Shown piece after piece: positions 9,537 through 20,218 of a stretch of DNA of 64,000 nt (position 1 is its first letter; every line of letters begins with the position of its first letter). This DNA is from Nitrospirales bacterium (GTDB lineage: Bacteria; Nitrospirota; Nitrospiria; Nitrospirales; UBA8639), in the NCBI GenBank assembly GCA_965223295.1, contig CBDCWC010000002.1, positions 1,376,001 to 1,440,000 on the forward strand, read 5' to 3'. The translations under genes and the position numbers were made by a program. The notes under the pieces are model-generated. The model was given only the letters and a program-made list of their open reading frames with translations. It searched no databases and was not told the DNA's origin.

Positions 9537-11180
9537 TTATTCGGCCTTGACACCCGTCACTTTTTTCGGAGGTGCATCAAAGGCGCCTTTAGTAAGCAGC
9601 AGAACGGTGTCCCCTGAAAATGGTGAATGCAATGTACGAGATGCCCCACCATTTACCTGCCCACCATTCTTGCTAGCTCCGGAAGATGGGTTAAACCATA
9701 ACACGTCAAAAGTCGTCCCACCCGCACTGGATAAATTAATGGAGATAGATCCACCATTTTCGTCATAGACCAAATATTCAAGCCCCTCTTGTCCCGAAGC
9801 AATCTGCCGGGCCGAGCTCGAGACCAGATGATTCAACTGTTTGTATTGACGATACTTTGTTTTAGAATAGAAAAAGTCGAACATTCTCGCGACATCTGGT
9901 CCACCTGTTCCAGTCCCTCCGGTCCAAGGACTCCACTCAGAATATAATGGCATCACACCAGCCATTTGAATTCCCCAAGCTCCACGACGAACTTCTGTTC
10001 GGTTCCGGGGGTTTTCCCATTGCCCACCTGTCGTTTCCCAAATATCCTCGGAGCCGATGATGGGAAGATTATGAAACGACGAAGAAAGACTCCCTGCCGC
10101 TCCGCCATACTTTCGACCATTGCCCTCGAATACTGTCCGACTTTGTTTCTGTCTCATCGAAAAGTGTCCCCAAGATTTAAAACTTGTCCGCATCGCATCA
10201 TGAATCGTCAGGAGACGCGGGAAAGGATCCCAACTCTGCACCTGACTCATAATTTGATTAACTTGAGATTCAGACCAAACATCGGTCCATTCCCATACCG
10301 GGCTGAAGCCGAAAAAATTATAGTACGCCCCAAAACGGGCAATAAAATATCGAATAAAAACCTTAAAATCCGTAAAGCCATAGACTCCACCTGGATGGCC
10401 ATTGCCATGAAAGATCATACCTGCAAAGGTAATGGCGTAAATCTTCTTGCTTTCAAGAAAGTTCAAAACATTCTCGACGCCTTTCCAAGCACGGATATTA
10501 AATCTTTTGACATCTGTTTCATTGATCCAAAGTGTCTCTTCGTGAATCGGTCGGTAGGTGTGGACTCGGTCAGTGGGTAAATCCAGCATCGTAAAATTGT
10601 ATTTCTTGTTGACCATTTCATTTTGAATGATATATTTAAACCAATTTATATCCTGCGTATACGGGTTGTTATTCGGCGAATGGGTATCAACATGGTGAAG
10701 ATCATACCCTCGAAAATGAAAAGGGGCTCCGCGAGAATCTTTAAAATACCACGGGTTATCAGTTGCGACTCTTAACGGACCAGCCAGCCCTGTATCTACA
10801 ACATTGAAGCTCCCAGACCCTCCACCTGTCCCATCGGTCCAACTATACGTGTACTTCCAAGTACCCACTTTGTCCGGCATGAATCGTAGCTTCCACACGT
10901 TTCCATTCTGCCCACCACTCCCATTCCCATCATAAAATCCGAAAAAGTTGATCTTTGCCCCACTCGGAGAAGTGAACGTTGCTCTTAATTCAATAACATT
11001 GTAGTCGAACGGATTAGAATACGTTTTGGAGTTGGTCACTGTTCTTTCCCAGACATCATAGAGCCCTACTTGAGTCATCCCAAAGGCGGAGTTACTCATT
11101 ACTACGGTGACAGTAAGAAACAAAATCAAGCTTAATCCACATTGCCGATAAGATTTGTGCAGAATATTAGAAATTTTCAC
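9537..11180 (-). CDS. Secreted putative glycoside hydrolase (DUF5060 N-domain, TIM-barrel-like core, C-terminal putative collagen-binding domain)
   Basis: Signal peptide; YSNPFD..ATFTSPSG..GFYDG..WKLRFMPDKVGTWKY; C-terminal VLWFNPSSG..LHSPFSGDTVLLL. Confidence 0.6.
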   Translation of the reverse strand: MKISNILHKSYRQCGLSLILFLTVTVVMSNSAFGMTQVGLYDVWERTVTNSKTYSNPFDYNVIELRATFTSPSGAKINFFGFYDGNGSGGQNGNVWKLRFMPDKVGTWKYTYSWTDGTGGGSGSFNVVDTGLAGPLRVATDNPWYFKDSRGAPFHFRGYDLHHVDTHSPNNNPYTQDINWFKYIIQNEMVNKKYNFTMLDLPTDRVHTYRPIHEETLWINETDVKRFNIRAWKGVENVLNFLESKKIYAITFAGMIFHGNGHPGGVYGFTDFKVFIRYFIARFGAYYNFFGFSPVWEWTDVWSESQVNQIMSQVQSWDPFPRLLTIHDAMRTSFKSWGHFSMRQKQSRTVFEGNGRKYGGAAGSLSSSFHNLPIIGSEDIWETTGGQWENPRNRTEVRRGAWGIQMAGVMPLYSEWSPWTGGTGTGGPDVARMFDFFYSKTKYRQYKQLNHLVSSSARQIASGQEGLEYLVYDENGGSISINLSSAGGTTFDVLWFNPSSGASKNGGQVNGGASRTLHSPFSGDTVLLLTKGAFDAPPKKVTGVKAE

Positions 11181-11284
11181 TGGAGTTCTCCATAGTTAGG
11201 ATTGTTTTTCGGGAAAAGGCTAACAATAGAAACTTGCTGATCTCGCAAATTAACTCAATAAACAGTTTTTCTCTTAGTCTTTTC

Positions 11285-11311
11285 TTTTCGGCAAACTGGA
11301 CAAATCCTTTA
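11285..11311 (-). promoter_or_regulatory. Putative sigma-28 (FliA) promoter
   Basis: Minus strand reads TAAA-N15-GCCGAAAA, about 105 bp upstream of the 11180 start. Confidence 0.55.
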
Positions 11312-11884
11312 GCCAAACCGGATTAACCAGCAAGATGAAGGGGAAAAAAGGAGAGGAGGAGATAAAACACTACGATTTTTTTAAATCCGAGGGCACATTT
11401 CATCTCTCATAAATCAAAGAAGAAATAATACCCAGCAAGTGAAGAAGCATTATGGGTTTTCATTTGATAAAAATGGGCATATTTTAAAATTTCTCGCTAA
11501 TACACAACTGGTCTGAAAATTTTAATTTATTGGGGTGCTTTAGATCTTTCTGTTCTGGAGGCATGCCTTTTTACCCGAGAGCACTGAAAATCCCAGGCCA
11601 ATTTTAACAGCAAAAACTGGGCACTGAAAACAGAGCTTCTGTTTCACACAAAACTATGCCGTGTGAGATGAAAGATATAGCCTTTCTTGAAACTACAATT
11701 CACTAATAGAAGATCTTTGATTCAGCTGTAATACTTAAAAATACTGACCTAAGATTGACCTTAGTCAATAATTAATGACCATTTACCAATTCGAATCGAT
11801 GATCGAACCTTATTTCCGCATCGCTTCAAAACTCTCCATTCAGTTAATTTCAGGATCTGTACTCAACACCTGCGAATAAACTCA

Positions 11885-12871
11885 TTACCTGGTCTCGTCG
11901 TTTTCATTCTTTCGAGAGATTTTTATCTCATTACTTGTGGATATCGACCCAATACCCTCCTTCATGTATAAAATTGCACCAGGTAAAACAGATAGAACCA
12001 CAAGCATTCTTACGAGTAATGCCATCACCAGAATCACAACAACATCTGCTTCAGTGAGCGAAAAGAAATAAACAAAGGCTCCTTCCTGAACCCCAAGCCC
12101 GGCGATCGAAATAGGAATCATACTGACTAATGAGATCACCGGAACAAAAAGAACGTAATAGGGTAAGTCCAAGCTAATGCCCACCCCCAATCCTACAAGC
12201 CATGTAAAGCAGATACGAACAATTTGCACCAGAAAGGAGAGCACCAGAGCAATGGCCAAACGAATTTTTATGTTCTGATAATACTGCAAAGAATCACGAA
12301 TTTCTTTCAATCTTAACGCAAGATTGCTCTCAGGATTTATCAACCGTTCGAACCATGGAAAGAAGAAATACCCGACTATGCCGCAACACACACCAATGAC
12401 AAATAGCCCCAAGAAAACCCTCTCAATAATGACCACAGGAATAACTTGCAATTGCTCATAAAAAACCACAAACCCTACGACACACGTCAAAACAAGAGCC
12501 AGCAGCCCTAGTAATCTTTCTACAAGAACAGAGGAAAATGACGTGGTCACATGAAATCCAGATCTCATAAGGCCAAACCCCTTGAGAAACTCTCCTCCCA
12601 CACTAGAGGGGGCTATCAGTCCCAAAAATGAACTCTTAAAATAAATACTTAAAACTTGAGTGAAGCTAATGTCAGAATTTCGATCGTCTATGAGAATATG
12701 CCATCTGCAGGCATTGAGCACACGATCAATCATAACCAAAGCTCCAGCAAGGAATAGATACCTGCCAATCAACTGATCCCAACGGCTGGACTCAAGGAAG
12801 TCATCCCAAGGAATTAATGTGCATACAATCGCCGACACAAGAACGCTCACCAAGAGCCTAAGATAGAACAT
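11885..12871 (-). CDS. Lysylphosphatidylglycerol-synthase TM domain (UPF0104) flippase-like membrane protein
   Basis: Polytopic; RWHILI, PSSVGGE, SSVLVERLLG and IPISIAGLGVQEG motifs. Confidence 0.8.
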   Translation of the reverse strand: MFYLRLLVSVLVSAIVCTLIPWDDFLESSRWDQLIGRYLFLAGALVMIDRVLNACRWHILIDDRNSDISFTQVLSIYFKSSFLGLIAPSSVGGEFLKGFGLMRSGFHVTTSFSSVLVERLLGLLALVLTCVVGFVVFYEQLQVIPVVIIERVFLGLFVIGVCCGIVGYFFFPWFERLINPESNLALRLKEIRDSLQYYQNIKIRLAIALVLSFLVQIVRICFTWLVGLGVGISLDLPYYVLFVPVISLVSMIPISIAGLGVQEGAFVYFFSLTEADVVVILVMALLVRMLVVLSVLPGAILYMKEGIGSISTSNEIKISRKNENDETR

Positions 12872-13079
12872 AAAACTTATTCCTGCATTGAATTTTCTGT
12901 CGCTTCAATCATGCGTGAAAAATCGCTTCTTTCTATTCCCTGCTCTCTATTCATTTGTTTTTCACAAACGATTCCCGACGCAAACAACCGAGCTAACCAA
13001 AGCGTTCCCTTTATACTCAGTCTCTTTCTGTTTCTCAATTACTTACTTTTGCTCAACGATCTCTAACGTGAGGAAAATT

Positions 13080-14222
13080 CTATTGTGGTGAGGCGAGTAA
13101 TTCTCGATAAATCTTGGCAAGACGTTTTACAGAGTATGAAATATCATAGCGTTGACAGACTTCCCAACCCTTTTCACCCATACGGTTAACTAACAATGGA
13201 TTCTGAAGTAAGAAAGAAACTTTCTCAACCAATGTAGCCACGTTCTTAGGAGGAACCACGAAACCTGTTTCTCCTTCAACTATAACTTCCGGCATCATCC
13301 CTGTAGGAGTTCCGATCACTGGCTTACGCATATTCATTGCTTCAAATAAAGTCAAAGGCCCCCCCTCACCATGGATCGATGGAAGCACAACAATATCAGA
13401 GAACGCCAGCAATACAGGCACGTCTTCAGAGAAACCAGTAAAAATAACACGGTCTCCAAGCTTTAACTTTTGCGCTTCAGTCTGTAGTTTAGAAGAGTCA
13501 GGCCCATCACCAACAATGAGAAAGCGTGCTAGAGGGTATTGCTTCACAAGTTCGGCTGCGGCCCGAAGAAAATAGATTTGTCCCTTCATCTCCGCAAGAC
13601 GACCAACAGTGGACACAATGGTTTCTTTGCTTGAAATATCTAGTTCCCTACGTTTAGCCACAACCAGCTTTTCATCAGGAGGAGCAAATTCTGAAAGAGG
13701 AAGGCCATAAAAGAATGTCTCCATTATTGCTGGATTGACTTTTCTACACCGGGACATGAAATCTTCCACCGGCTTCGATATTGCAATGGCTTTAGTAGCC
13801 AAAGGAGACAAAATGGTATCCGCTATAGTTTGGTAGAACGGTTGATTTATAAGAACCGCATGCTCATGTACAATATTGGGTATCCCAGTTATCAAACTTG
13901 CAATACGTCCAAAATTTGCGGCTCCATACCCATGAAGATGCAGGATTTGAGGTTTAACTTCCCGGATTACTCTCAAGAGATGAGGAAGAGTCATAGGAGA
14001 AAATTTCCCTTTGTCTAAGTACAACACAGAAATACCTTCTCTTTCCAAAAACTTCCCTCCAGCTTGACGAGATCGAAGGCTACACACCACAAAATCAAAC
14101 TCCGATTTGTCAAAACGTGGAATCCACCATTTCAGAGCTTGGGTGATTCCGTGTATACTTGCACCAGAAATATCCAACTTATCAATAAGGTGTAGAACAC
14201 GTATGGGGTTGGGACTATTCAT
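13080..14222 (-). CDS. Glycosyltransferase family 4
   Basis: VGRLAEMKG, FLIVGDGP, DIVVLPS.HGEGGPLTLFEAM. Confidence 0.9.
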   Translation of the reverse strand: MNSPNPIRVLHLIDKLDISGASIHGITQALKWWIPRFDKSEFDFVVCSLRSRQAGGKFLEREGISVLYLDKGKFSPMTLPHLLRVIREVKPQILHLHGYGAANFGRIASLITGIPNIVHEHAVLINQPFYQTIADTILSPLATKAIAISKPVEDFMSRCRKVNPAIMETFFYGLPLSEFAPPDEKLVVAKRRELDISSKETIVSTVGRLAEMKGQIYFLRAAAELVKQYPLARFLIVGDGPDSSKLQTEAQKLKLGDRVIFTGFSEDVPVLLAFSDIVVLPSIHGEGGPLTLFEAMNMRKPVIGTPTGMMPEVIVEGETGFVVPPKNVATLVEKVSFLLQNPLLVNRMGEKGWEVCQRYDISYSVKRLAKIYRELLASPQ

Positions 14223-14469
14223 GTATCAACTCCCTTATCGGGCATCAATTTTTATGGTAAGGACAGGATTTCCCAACGATACAATGACAACCAAAGTAGT
14301 TCGGGCTCGAAATTTTCAATTATTCCCAAACACATCTAGCTTGGCTGGCACAGTCAAAGTCCTTTGACAGAGATTAGAAATACTAATAGCTTACCTGATA
14401 AGACAATGAGAGCATTATTCCCTTCAACCCACTCCTGTACCACAAAGTAAAGAATCTATAAAAATTCTT

Positions 14470-15459
14470 CTATCGGAGGTGGCCATTTTCTTTGTACCAA
14501 ATTGCGGTGCGATGAATGCCTTCTTTTAGAGAAATTTTTGGCTGAAAGTTCAGTTCTCTCTTGGCCTTTGAAATATCGAACGCTCTATTCTTTTTGAAGA
14601 AATCTATGCGTCGCCGATACAACGGTGGCTCGATTCCAAACGGTTTACAGAGAGCTTCACAAGCAAAACCTGCTGCATACACAGGCCACATGGGAATCCG
14701 CCACCCTGGTCGGGGAACCCCTAATTCATCAGCAATCATGGTCACTAACTGATTGAGAGGCACATATTCTTCTCCAGCTAAAATATATGTTTGACCAATC
14801 GCTTGCTCTGACCTGCTGCTCAGAATGATTCCATTCACGAGATCATCGATATACGTAAAATGGTAGTTCACCGTACCTGGGCCGACCATAATAAATCGGC
14901 GTTTATGAATAGCTCGAAAAAGCTTCAAGAACCGCAGATCCCCAGGGCCATAAATTCCAGCTGGCCGAACAATCGTAACGGCTAGCTTTGCTTCATTCAT
15001 ATAACGCCGAGCAATTTCCTCTCCCTGCAACTTGGTCTCTTGGTAAATATCACCAGGACCAAACGGAGCTTCTTCATTGGCTGGTGACTTGGCAACATGC
15101 CCATGAACTCCTACTGTACTGCAGTGAACAAATCTGGAAACACCGCTTTCTATGGATGCCTTCAGCAAATGCTCAACGCACTCGGCATTCACCTTTCTAA
15201 AGACCTCTGGCCCAACGCCTTGCTGCCGAAATAACGCTGCAATATGAAAGACAACATCAACCTTGCCTACCGCTTCTTGAATACTGTGAGGATCACTGAG
15301 ATCACCCCAGACAAGGTCGACGTTGAGTCTCCTCAATTCTTCAACTTGACTCCCTTTTCGTACGAGAGTCCGAACATCATAACCCTGCTTGACGAGCTCC
15401 GCGCATAAATGACCGCCCGTAAAACCGGTTCCTCCGGTTACCAGAGCCTTCACTCGCAC
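14470..15459 (-). CDS. NAD-dependent epimerase/dehydratase (extended SDR)
   Basis: LVTGGTGFTG, HCSTVGVHG, YQETK (YxxxK). Confidence 0.85.
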   Translation of the reverse strand: MRVKALVTGGTGFTGGHLCAELVKQGYDVRTLVRKGSQVEELRRLNVDLVWGDLSDPHSIQEAVGKVDVVFHIAALFRQQGVGPEVFRKVNAECVEHLLKASIESGVSRFVHCSTVGVHGHVAKSPANEEAPFGPGDIYQETKLQGEEIARRYMNEAKLAVTIVRPAGIYGPGDLRFLKLFRAIHKRRFIMVGPGTVNYHFTYIDDLVNGIILSSRSEQAIGQTYILAGEEYVPLNQLVTMIADELGVPRPGWRIPMWPVYAAGFACEALCKPFGIEPPLYRRRIDFFKKNRAFDISKAKRELNFQPKISLKEGIHRTAIWYKENGHLR

Positions 15460-15496
15460 TTTACCTTCTGATACTTCAAATCAATGATATTCATCT

Positions 15497-16519
15497 TCAA
15501 GTCTGATTGGAGCCCTCAGGTAACTCCGCCCTCCAACTCTTTGGCATATTTTTCAGTATCTCAACTCCTTCAAAGGTCTTACCTCGCTTGGCCCCAACTT
15601 TTTTCGCCCATAAAGCCATTCGGCCAATACCGTCCTCTAAAGAAACGACAGGTGCACCGCCAAAAATATCGTGTAACTTCTTATGACTTGAAAAGGCATG
15701 CAAGACTTCGTTCCGTGCATCCAAGTAGGTGATCTCTTCCTTGCTACCCATAGCCTTAGCTACAATCGTTGCCAGTTCGTTGACGGTGTGGGGAGTTTCA
15801 GCTCCAATATTAAACACCGTATTCAGTGCACCCGAATTAAAAGGAGAGCTGGCAATAATCGGCGCAACATCCTGTATATACGAAAATGCACGACTTTGCT
15901 GCCCATCTCCAAATATGGTCATAGGTTGTCCTTGCATCAGTTGATTCATAAAAATTCCCACAACATTTCGGTACCGATCTCCGATATTTTGTCGTTCTCC
16001 ATAGACATTATGCGGGCGAAACACCACGTAATTGAGACCAAACATTTCATGACTGGCCCGCAAATCTTGCTCAACAGCTAACTTGGCAATGCCATAGGGA
16101 TCTTCAGGAACCGGGACCATCTCTTCAGTCATGGGCAATTGATTCTTTCCATACACCGCAATTGAGGAGGTAAAGACAAAACACTTCACTGAATGATTCA
16201 CAGATGCGTTAATCAGGTTGATACTTCCAATCACGTTATTCTCGTAATTGAATCTCTTAATGAAATGACTTAGACCCTCTGCTGCATAGGCAGCAAGATG
16301 ATACACATAGGAAAACTTATGTTCCGTGAAAAGCTTGTGTATGAGTTGAGTATCGACCACGCTCCCTTCAACGAACTCCGCTTTTTCAGGAACATTCTCG
16401 GGAAATCCTCCACTCAAATCGTCTAACACCACAACATCTAGCCCTCGAGCAATGACTTCATCAGCCACATGGGAGCCAATAAATCCTGCACCGCCAGTTA
16501 TGAGTACTTTCTCGTTCAT
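15497..16519 (-). CDS. NAD-dependent nucleotide-sugar epimerase/dehydratase
   Basis: LITGGAGFIGSH, FTSSIAVYG, PYGIAK, RPHNVYG. Confidence 0.88.
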   Translation of the reverse strand: MNEKVLITGGAGFIGSHVADEVIARGLDVVVLDDLSGGFPENVPEKAEFVEGSVVDTQLIHKLFTEHKFSYVYHLAAYAAEGLSHFIKRFNYENNVIGSINLINASVNHSVKCFVFTSSIAVYGKNQLPMTEEMVPVPEDPYGIAKLAVEQDLRASHEMFGLNYVVFRPHNVYGERQNIGDRYRNVVGIFMNQLMQGQPMTIFGDGQQSRAFSYIQDVAPIIASSPFNSGALNTVFNIGAETPHTVNELATIVAKAMGSKEEITYLDARNEVLHAFSSHKKLHDIFGGAPVVSLEDGIGRMALWAKKVGAKRGKTFEGVEILKNMPKSWRAELPEGSNQT

Positions 16520-16524
16520 CGTAG

Positions 16525-17727
16525 TTACCCTCCCTTGACAACCAAGTCCTGATCACCAACATACCGTTCATAGACCTCTTGCAACCGATGCCCTACCGCG
16601 TCCCATGAATACTCAGAAGACGCTTTCTGGTAACTATCCTCTCCAAGCTTCCGGGCACGCGCCGTATCGGTCAAGAGTTCTACAAGCCTCTGCGCAAAGG
16701 CATGTACCTCTCCATTCTCGGCATACACTCCCAAATCGCCTAATATCTCCCGATTCACCGAATTATCAAAGACAATGCTTGGAAGCCCCATGGCCATATA
16801 GGCAAACAACTTCAAATTTGCTTCCGAAGAAGAAGTCTTGGGCGATACCGCAACATCTCCCAAAGAAAGATATCGAGGCGCATCTGCGTAGGCAATTTTT
16901 CCCGTAAAAATCACGTGCTCTCCAAGTCCCATGGAAATAGCCTTTTCTCGATATGCCTGCTCAGGAAAACCAAGAATTAAAAATTTGGCCGTGTGGACTT
17001 TTTTTAAAACGATCGCCGCGGCCTCCAAGAGCAAATCAATCCCTTGATAGGATGCGAGTACGCCAATGAACACAGCGACTTTGTCTTTAACGCCGATGCC
17101 AAGCTCAGTTTTAAGCTCTAAGTCTTCCGACCGGCGGTAAAATACGTCCAGATCCACACCGTCACCAATGGTCGACACATCAGTCATTCCAAATTTTTCA
17201 GTGACCAGTTGTGTCAGACGTGAAGCACTTGTAATGAGATGACGCGGCATCTTGTTGACATTCTTTTCTATCCACTGAACAAGTCCAACAAGCCACGGCC
17301 AACGAGGAATAAACTCATGATCCAAAATTTCCTCTGTCAGACTTCCCTGCAAATCAGCCACCATTGGAATCCCGAACAACATGCTCGCAAGCTTCCCAAT
17401 GACAATCCCTTCGTGTAGATGAGCATGAATGATATGCGGGCGAAACGCCCCACAACTACGCAACACAATCCAGAGCAACAACACATCAATATAGAACTTG
17501 TGAATCGAAGGACCGGCAGACAACTTCTGATACCAAGGAATATTCATCGTTCGAACGGTATCGATCCCTTCGATGTCTCTTCCCAAATGATAAGTACAGA
17601 CTTGAACGGTCCATCCTTGGCTTTTCAAGGCCTTGATTTCACCAAGAATTCGAACATGGCATCCCCGATCTGCAAAAAATGGAGTCGGTGCGACTACAAG
17701 GATACGCTTGAGCGCTGGCTTGTGCAT
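16525..17727 (-). CDS. Glycosyltransferase family 4
   Basis: APTPFFADRGCHVRI, HIIHAH, YQGIDLLLEA, KLFAYMAMGLP; GT-B fold motifs. Confidence 0.85.
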   Translation of the reverse strand: MHKPALKRILVVAPTPFFADRGCHVRILGEIKALKSQGWTVQVCTYHLGRDIEGIDTVRTMNIPWYQKLSAGPSIHKFYIDVLLLWIVLRSCGAFRPHIIHAHLHEGIVIGKLASMLFGIPMVADLQGSLTEEILDHEFIPRWPWLVGLVQWIEKNVNKMPRHLITSASRLTQLVTEKFGMTDVSTIGDGVDLDVFYRRSEDLELKTELGIGVKDKVAVFIGVLASYQGIDLLLEAAAIVLKKVHTAKFLILGFPEQAYREKAISMGLGEHVIFTGKIAYADAPRYLSLGDVAVSPKTSSSEANLKLFAYMAMGLPSIVFDNSVNREILGDLGVYAENGEVHAFAQRLVELLTDTARARKLGEDSYQKASSEYSWDAVGHRLQEVYERYVGDQDLVVKGG

Positions 17728-19412
17728 TCACTCACTCCTTTGCGTCGGTACTCAGCATTCGTCTCATGCAGTTCATGTTGAATTCTCGCTTCATTCCAAT
17801 TCATTTCTCTAGCCATAAGCATGGCACACCTCCGTAGACATTCATCTCCGGGATGCCCCATGGCGCCAAGTTCCGTTCGCCGAAACACAATATCACTCAA
17901 AGTCTGAGCCATTTCTCTCCTTACACCATGAATAATTTCGGCTTTGGTCACGATCATATGGGGCTCAACCTGATCTCCTAGAGCAAGATCTTCTTCGCTA
18001 TATTGAAATATGTCACGAAAATTCGAACCGTAAGTATCCACAACATGTTGGACCACCTCTTGAGACATTCTCTTGGGCTTTTGGCTTATTGCGTCCCGTA
18101 AGAGTTCTTCGTGGGAAAGAAAGTTCCCTCCGTAAACCGGGACGGTCGCAGTTGTACATGGCACTGATTTTTTCCCAAGCTTGCGAAACACTAAATCAAT
18201 GGTCTTTTCCGCTACTCCTCGGGCAGTTGTAAACTTTACCCCGCTCACTGAAAGTATTCCTCGAACACCATCAATTTTTTCATGATCGTGAATCACGGGA
18301 TGCTTGGCCAATTGAACATCATTGTTCACCCCAGAAGTAACCGCTCGTGGAAGAAGACCCCAGTTGACTAAATGTACATCGTTTCGAGCAATCACAGCTT
18401 CGGGTAAACTAGCATTAATTTCTTTTAGCTGGGACTCAATTTCTTCTTCTGTCACACAAGCGTCATCCGGGCTTCCCTCATATCGTGTTTGAAAAGTTCC
18501 AACTAAACATCGATTTTTCCAGGGAGTCATGAAAAAATACCGGCATCCTTTATTCACAACAGCATCAACATCTACGTAGGTATATCGGCTAGGAACACCA
18601 AGAGCTATAGTATCCACAATGGGGTTTGTGACGAGGACGATAGCTTTGAGCAAGGGGAGTTGAGTTCGCGGGAAGCCCTGACGAGTCTTCATAGGCCACA
18701 TCTGATCAAGCCATGGCCCACTACAATTGACGACAAATTTTGCTCGAATTTCCAGTGAGTTATGGGCTAATACATCCTCAGCTTCCACTCCGACCGCCGA
18801 GCCATGGGTCACGAGAAGCGTAGACACCCTGACATAGTTCAGTACATCTGCGCCGTGATCGTGAGCAGACAGCAACATCGACAGTAAAAGACGTTCAGAG
18901 TTATGCACTTGGGCATCAAAATAATAGGCTCCACCGGTCAATTCATGTTGATTAATCATTCCACAATGCTCAAGGCATTTCTCATTCGATAGCACACGGC
19001 TTGCAGGAAACTGTAGCGATTCCGGCAAGTCGCGGTTCCGATCAAACGCAATGAAATCATTTGCCATCAGTGCAATGCGCAGCAAAGACTTCTTCGCCCC
19101 AATATTCTGGTAGGTTGGGATCAAAAACGGCATAGGCTTCACAAGGTGAGGAGCCATACGAACGAGTGCACGTCTCTCATAAATTGACTGCCTCATTCGA
19201 ATCAAATCGCCATGCTGTAAATACCGCAATCCTCCATGAATGATCTTATGGCTATTACCAGAAGTTGCATGTCCAAAATCACCTTTTTCCAAAAGAACAA
19301 CTTTCAATCCGCGTAAGGCCGCATCACGCGCAACACAGGCTCCATAAATCCCTCCTCCAATAACCAACACATCATACTCTTGCCTTGTGATGTCTTCGGG
19401 TACTCGATTCAT
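17694..19412 (-). CDS. FAD-dependent glycerol-3-phosphate dehydrogenase/oxidase-like protein (GlpD family)
   Basis: DVLVIGGGIYG, ATSGNSHKIIHGGLRYL, GVKFTTAR, EMAQTLSDIVFRRT. Confidence 0.8.
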   Translation of the reverse strand: MNRVPEDITRQEYDVLVIGGGIYGACVARDAALRGLKVVLLEKGDFGHATSGNSHKIIHGGLRYLQHGDLIRMRQSIYERRALVRMAPHLVKPMPFLIPTYQNIGAKKSLLRIALMANDFIAFDRNRDLPESLQFPASRVLSNEKCLEHCGMINQHELTGGAYYFDAQVHNSERLLLSMLLSAHDHGADVLNYVRVSTLLVTHGSAVGVEAEDVLAHNSLEIRAKFVVNCSGPWLDQMWPMKTRQGFPRTQLPLLKAIVLVTNPIVDTIALGVPSRYTYVDVDAVVNKGCRYFFMTPWKNRCLVGTFQTRYEGSPDDACVTEEEIESQLKEINASLPEAVIARNDVHLVNWGLLPRAVTSGVNNDVQLAKHPVIHDHEKIDGVRGILSVSGVKFTTARGVAEKTIDLVFRKLGKKSVPCTTATVPVYGGNFLSHEELLRDAISQKPKRMSQEVVQHVVDTYGSNFRDIFQYSEEDLALGDQVEPHMIVTKAEIIHGVRREMAQTLSDIVFRRTELGAMGHPGDECLRRCAMLMAREMNWNEARIQHELHETNAEYRRKGVSECTSQRSSVSL

Positions 19413-19532
19413 TTTTTGCTCAGCAAATCACTTGGCTCTGTAGCCACCTTTTTAGACATAGGCACCGAGCCCACTTGCAAACTTTAGAGCAAAACATCCC
19501 ACGCAGCCCCAGAGCTGCCATGAGGGAAGTAT

Positions 19533-20210
19533 TTAGGACGATGTGGCCTGTTGAACCACCATAGCCACGGCAATATTAGTCGTATGAGAGATACTTACTG
19601 CGAAAGGAATAGGGGTAGGAATGCCATCTTGATAATGCCGGAGGATCGGCGACGCCTCAGCCTTGGAAACTAACTCAATGTTTTTCATTTCTTCATGAAG
19701 ATAGGATGGCTGGCATTTCTTCAGAGCTTCTTTGGCACACCAGCGAGCAGCAAAATGCATGCGTGGATGGTCTTGGAGCAAGCAATAGGCAATCTCAACT
19801 GATGAAAATGAATTGGTATAAAAAGAATCTTTCCAATAGTCATCAACCTCAGGAAAGCCTTCAACCATCTCAACATCTATTCCGCAACTCATTCCGGTTC
19901 CCGCTCCCATGCCATTGAACATAACGGGAACAGCTGTTTCAGAGTTTGATTTTTGAGAGACAGCTGCAACGGACGCGCCTGACTCGTCGTGAGAAGCCAC
20001 TCCTAACACTGCCTTATGCAACTCCCCATATGTTTTGGCTGAATACACCCCACGGCATGTGACTCCAAGACGATGCCGAATTGCCGCATCAAGCTTGGCC
20101 CGAGCCAAAGACCCTTGCATACGCCTCGTTGACAAGAGAAAATCTTCGTGAACTTTGGTCACGTCGGCTTCAAACAGTTCAGCAACGATTTGCTTAAGCT
20201 TGGCTTCCAT
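19533..20210 (-). CDS. Fusion of an acyl-carrier-protein-like domain and an AcpS-type phosphopantetheinyl transferase
   Basis: N-terminal ~70 aa helical domain with QGSLARAKL (Ser at the DSL position); C-terminal CGIDVE, FSSVEIAYC, HFAARWCAKEALKK, VSISHT; probable ATG 20210 (ORF track 20225). Confidence 0.75.
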   Translation of the reverse strand: MEAKLKQIVAELFEADVTKVHEDFLLSTRRMQGSLARAKLDAAIRHRLGVTCRGVYSAKTYGELHKAVLGVASHDESGASVAAVSQKSNSETAVPVMFNGMGAGTGMSCGIDVEMVEGFPEVDDYWKDSFYTNSFSSVEIAYCLLQDHPRMHFAARWCAKEALKKCQPSYLHEEMKNIELVSKAEASPILRHYQDGIPTPIPFAVSISHTTNIAVAMVVQQATSS

Positions 20211-20218
20211 CTTTACGT

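Noticed and set aside
9966-10580. Long antisense or alternate-frame ORFs (e.g. 9966-10580, 22006-22596, 36769-37275)
   Set aside because: They fully or largely overlap well-supported genes on the opposite strand and carry no motifs
11581-11630. GCACTGAAAA repeated 40 bp apart
   Set aside because: Only two short copies; not a CRISPR array, and no supporting regulator motif
14229-14261. CCCGATAA sigma-28-like -10 upstream of the GT4 at 14222
   Set aside because: It overlaps the RBS, is too close to the start codon and has a poor -35
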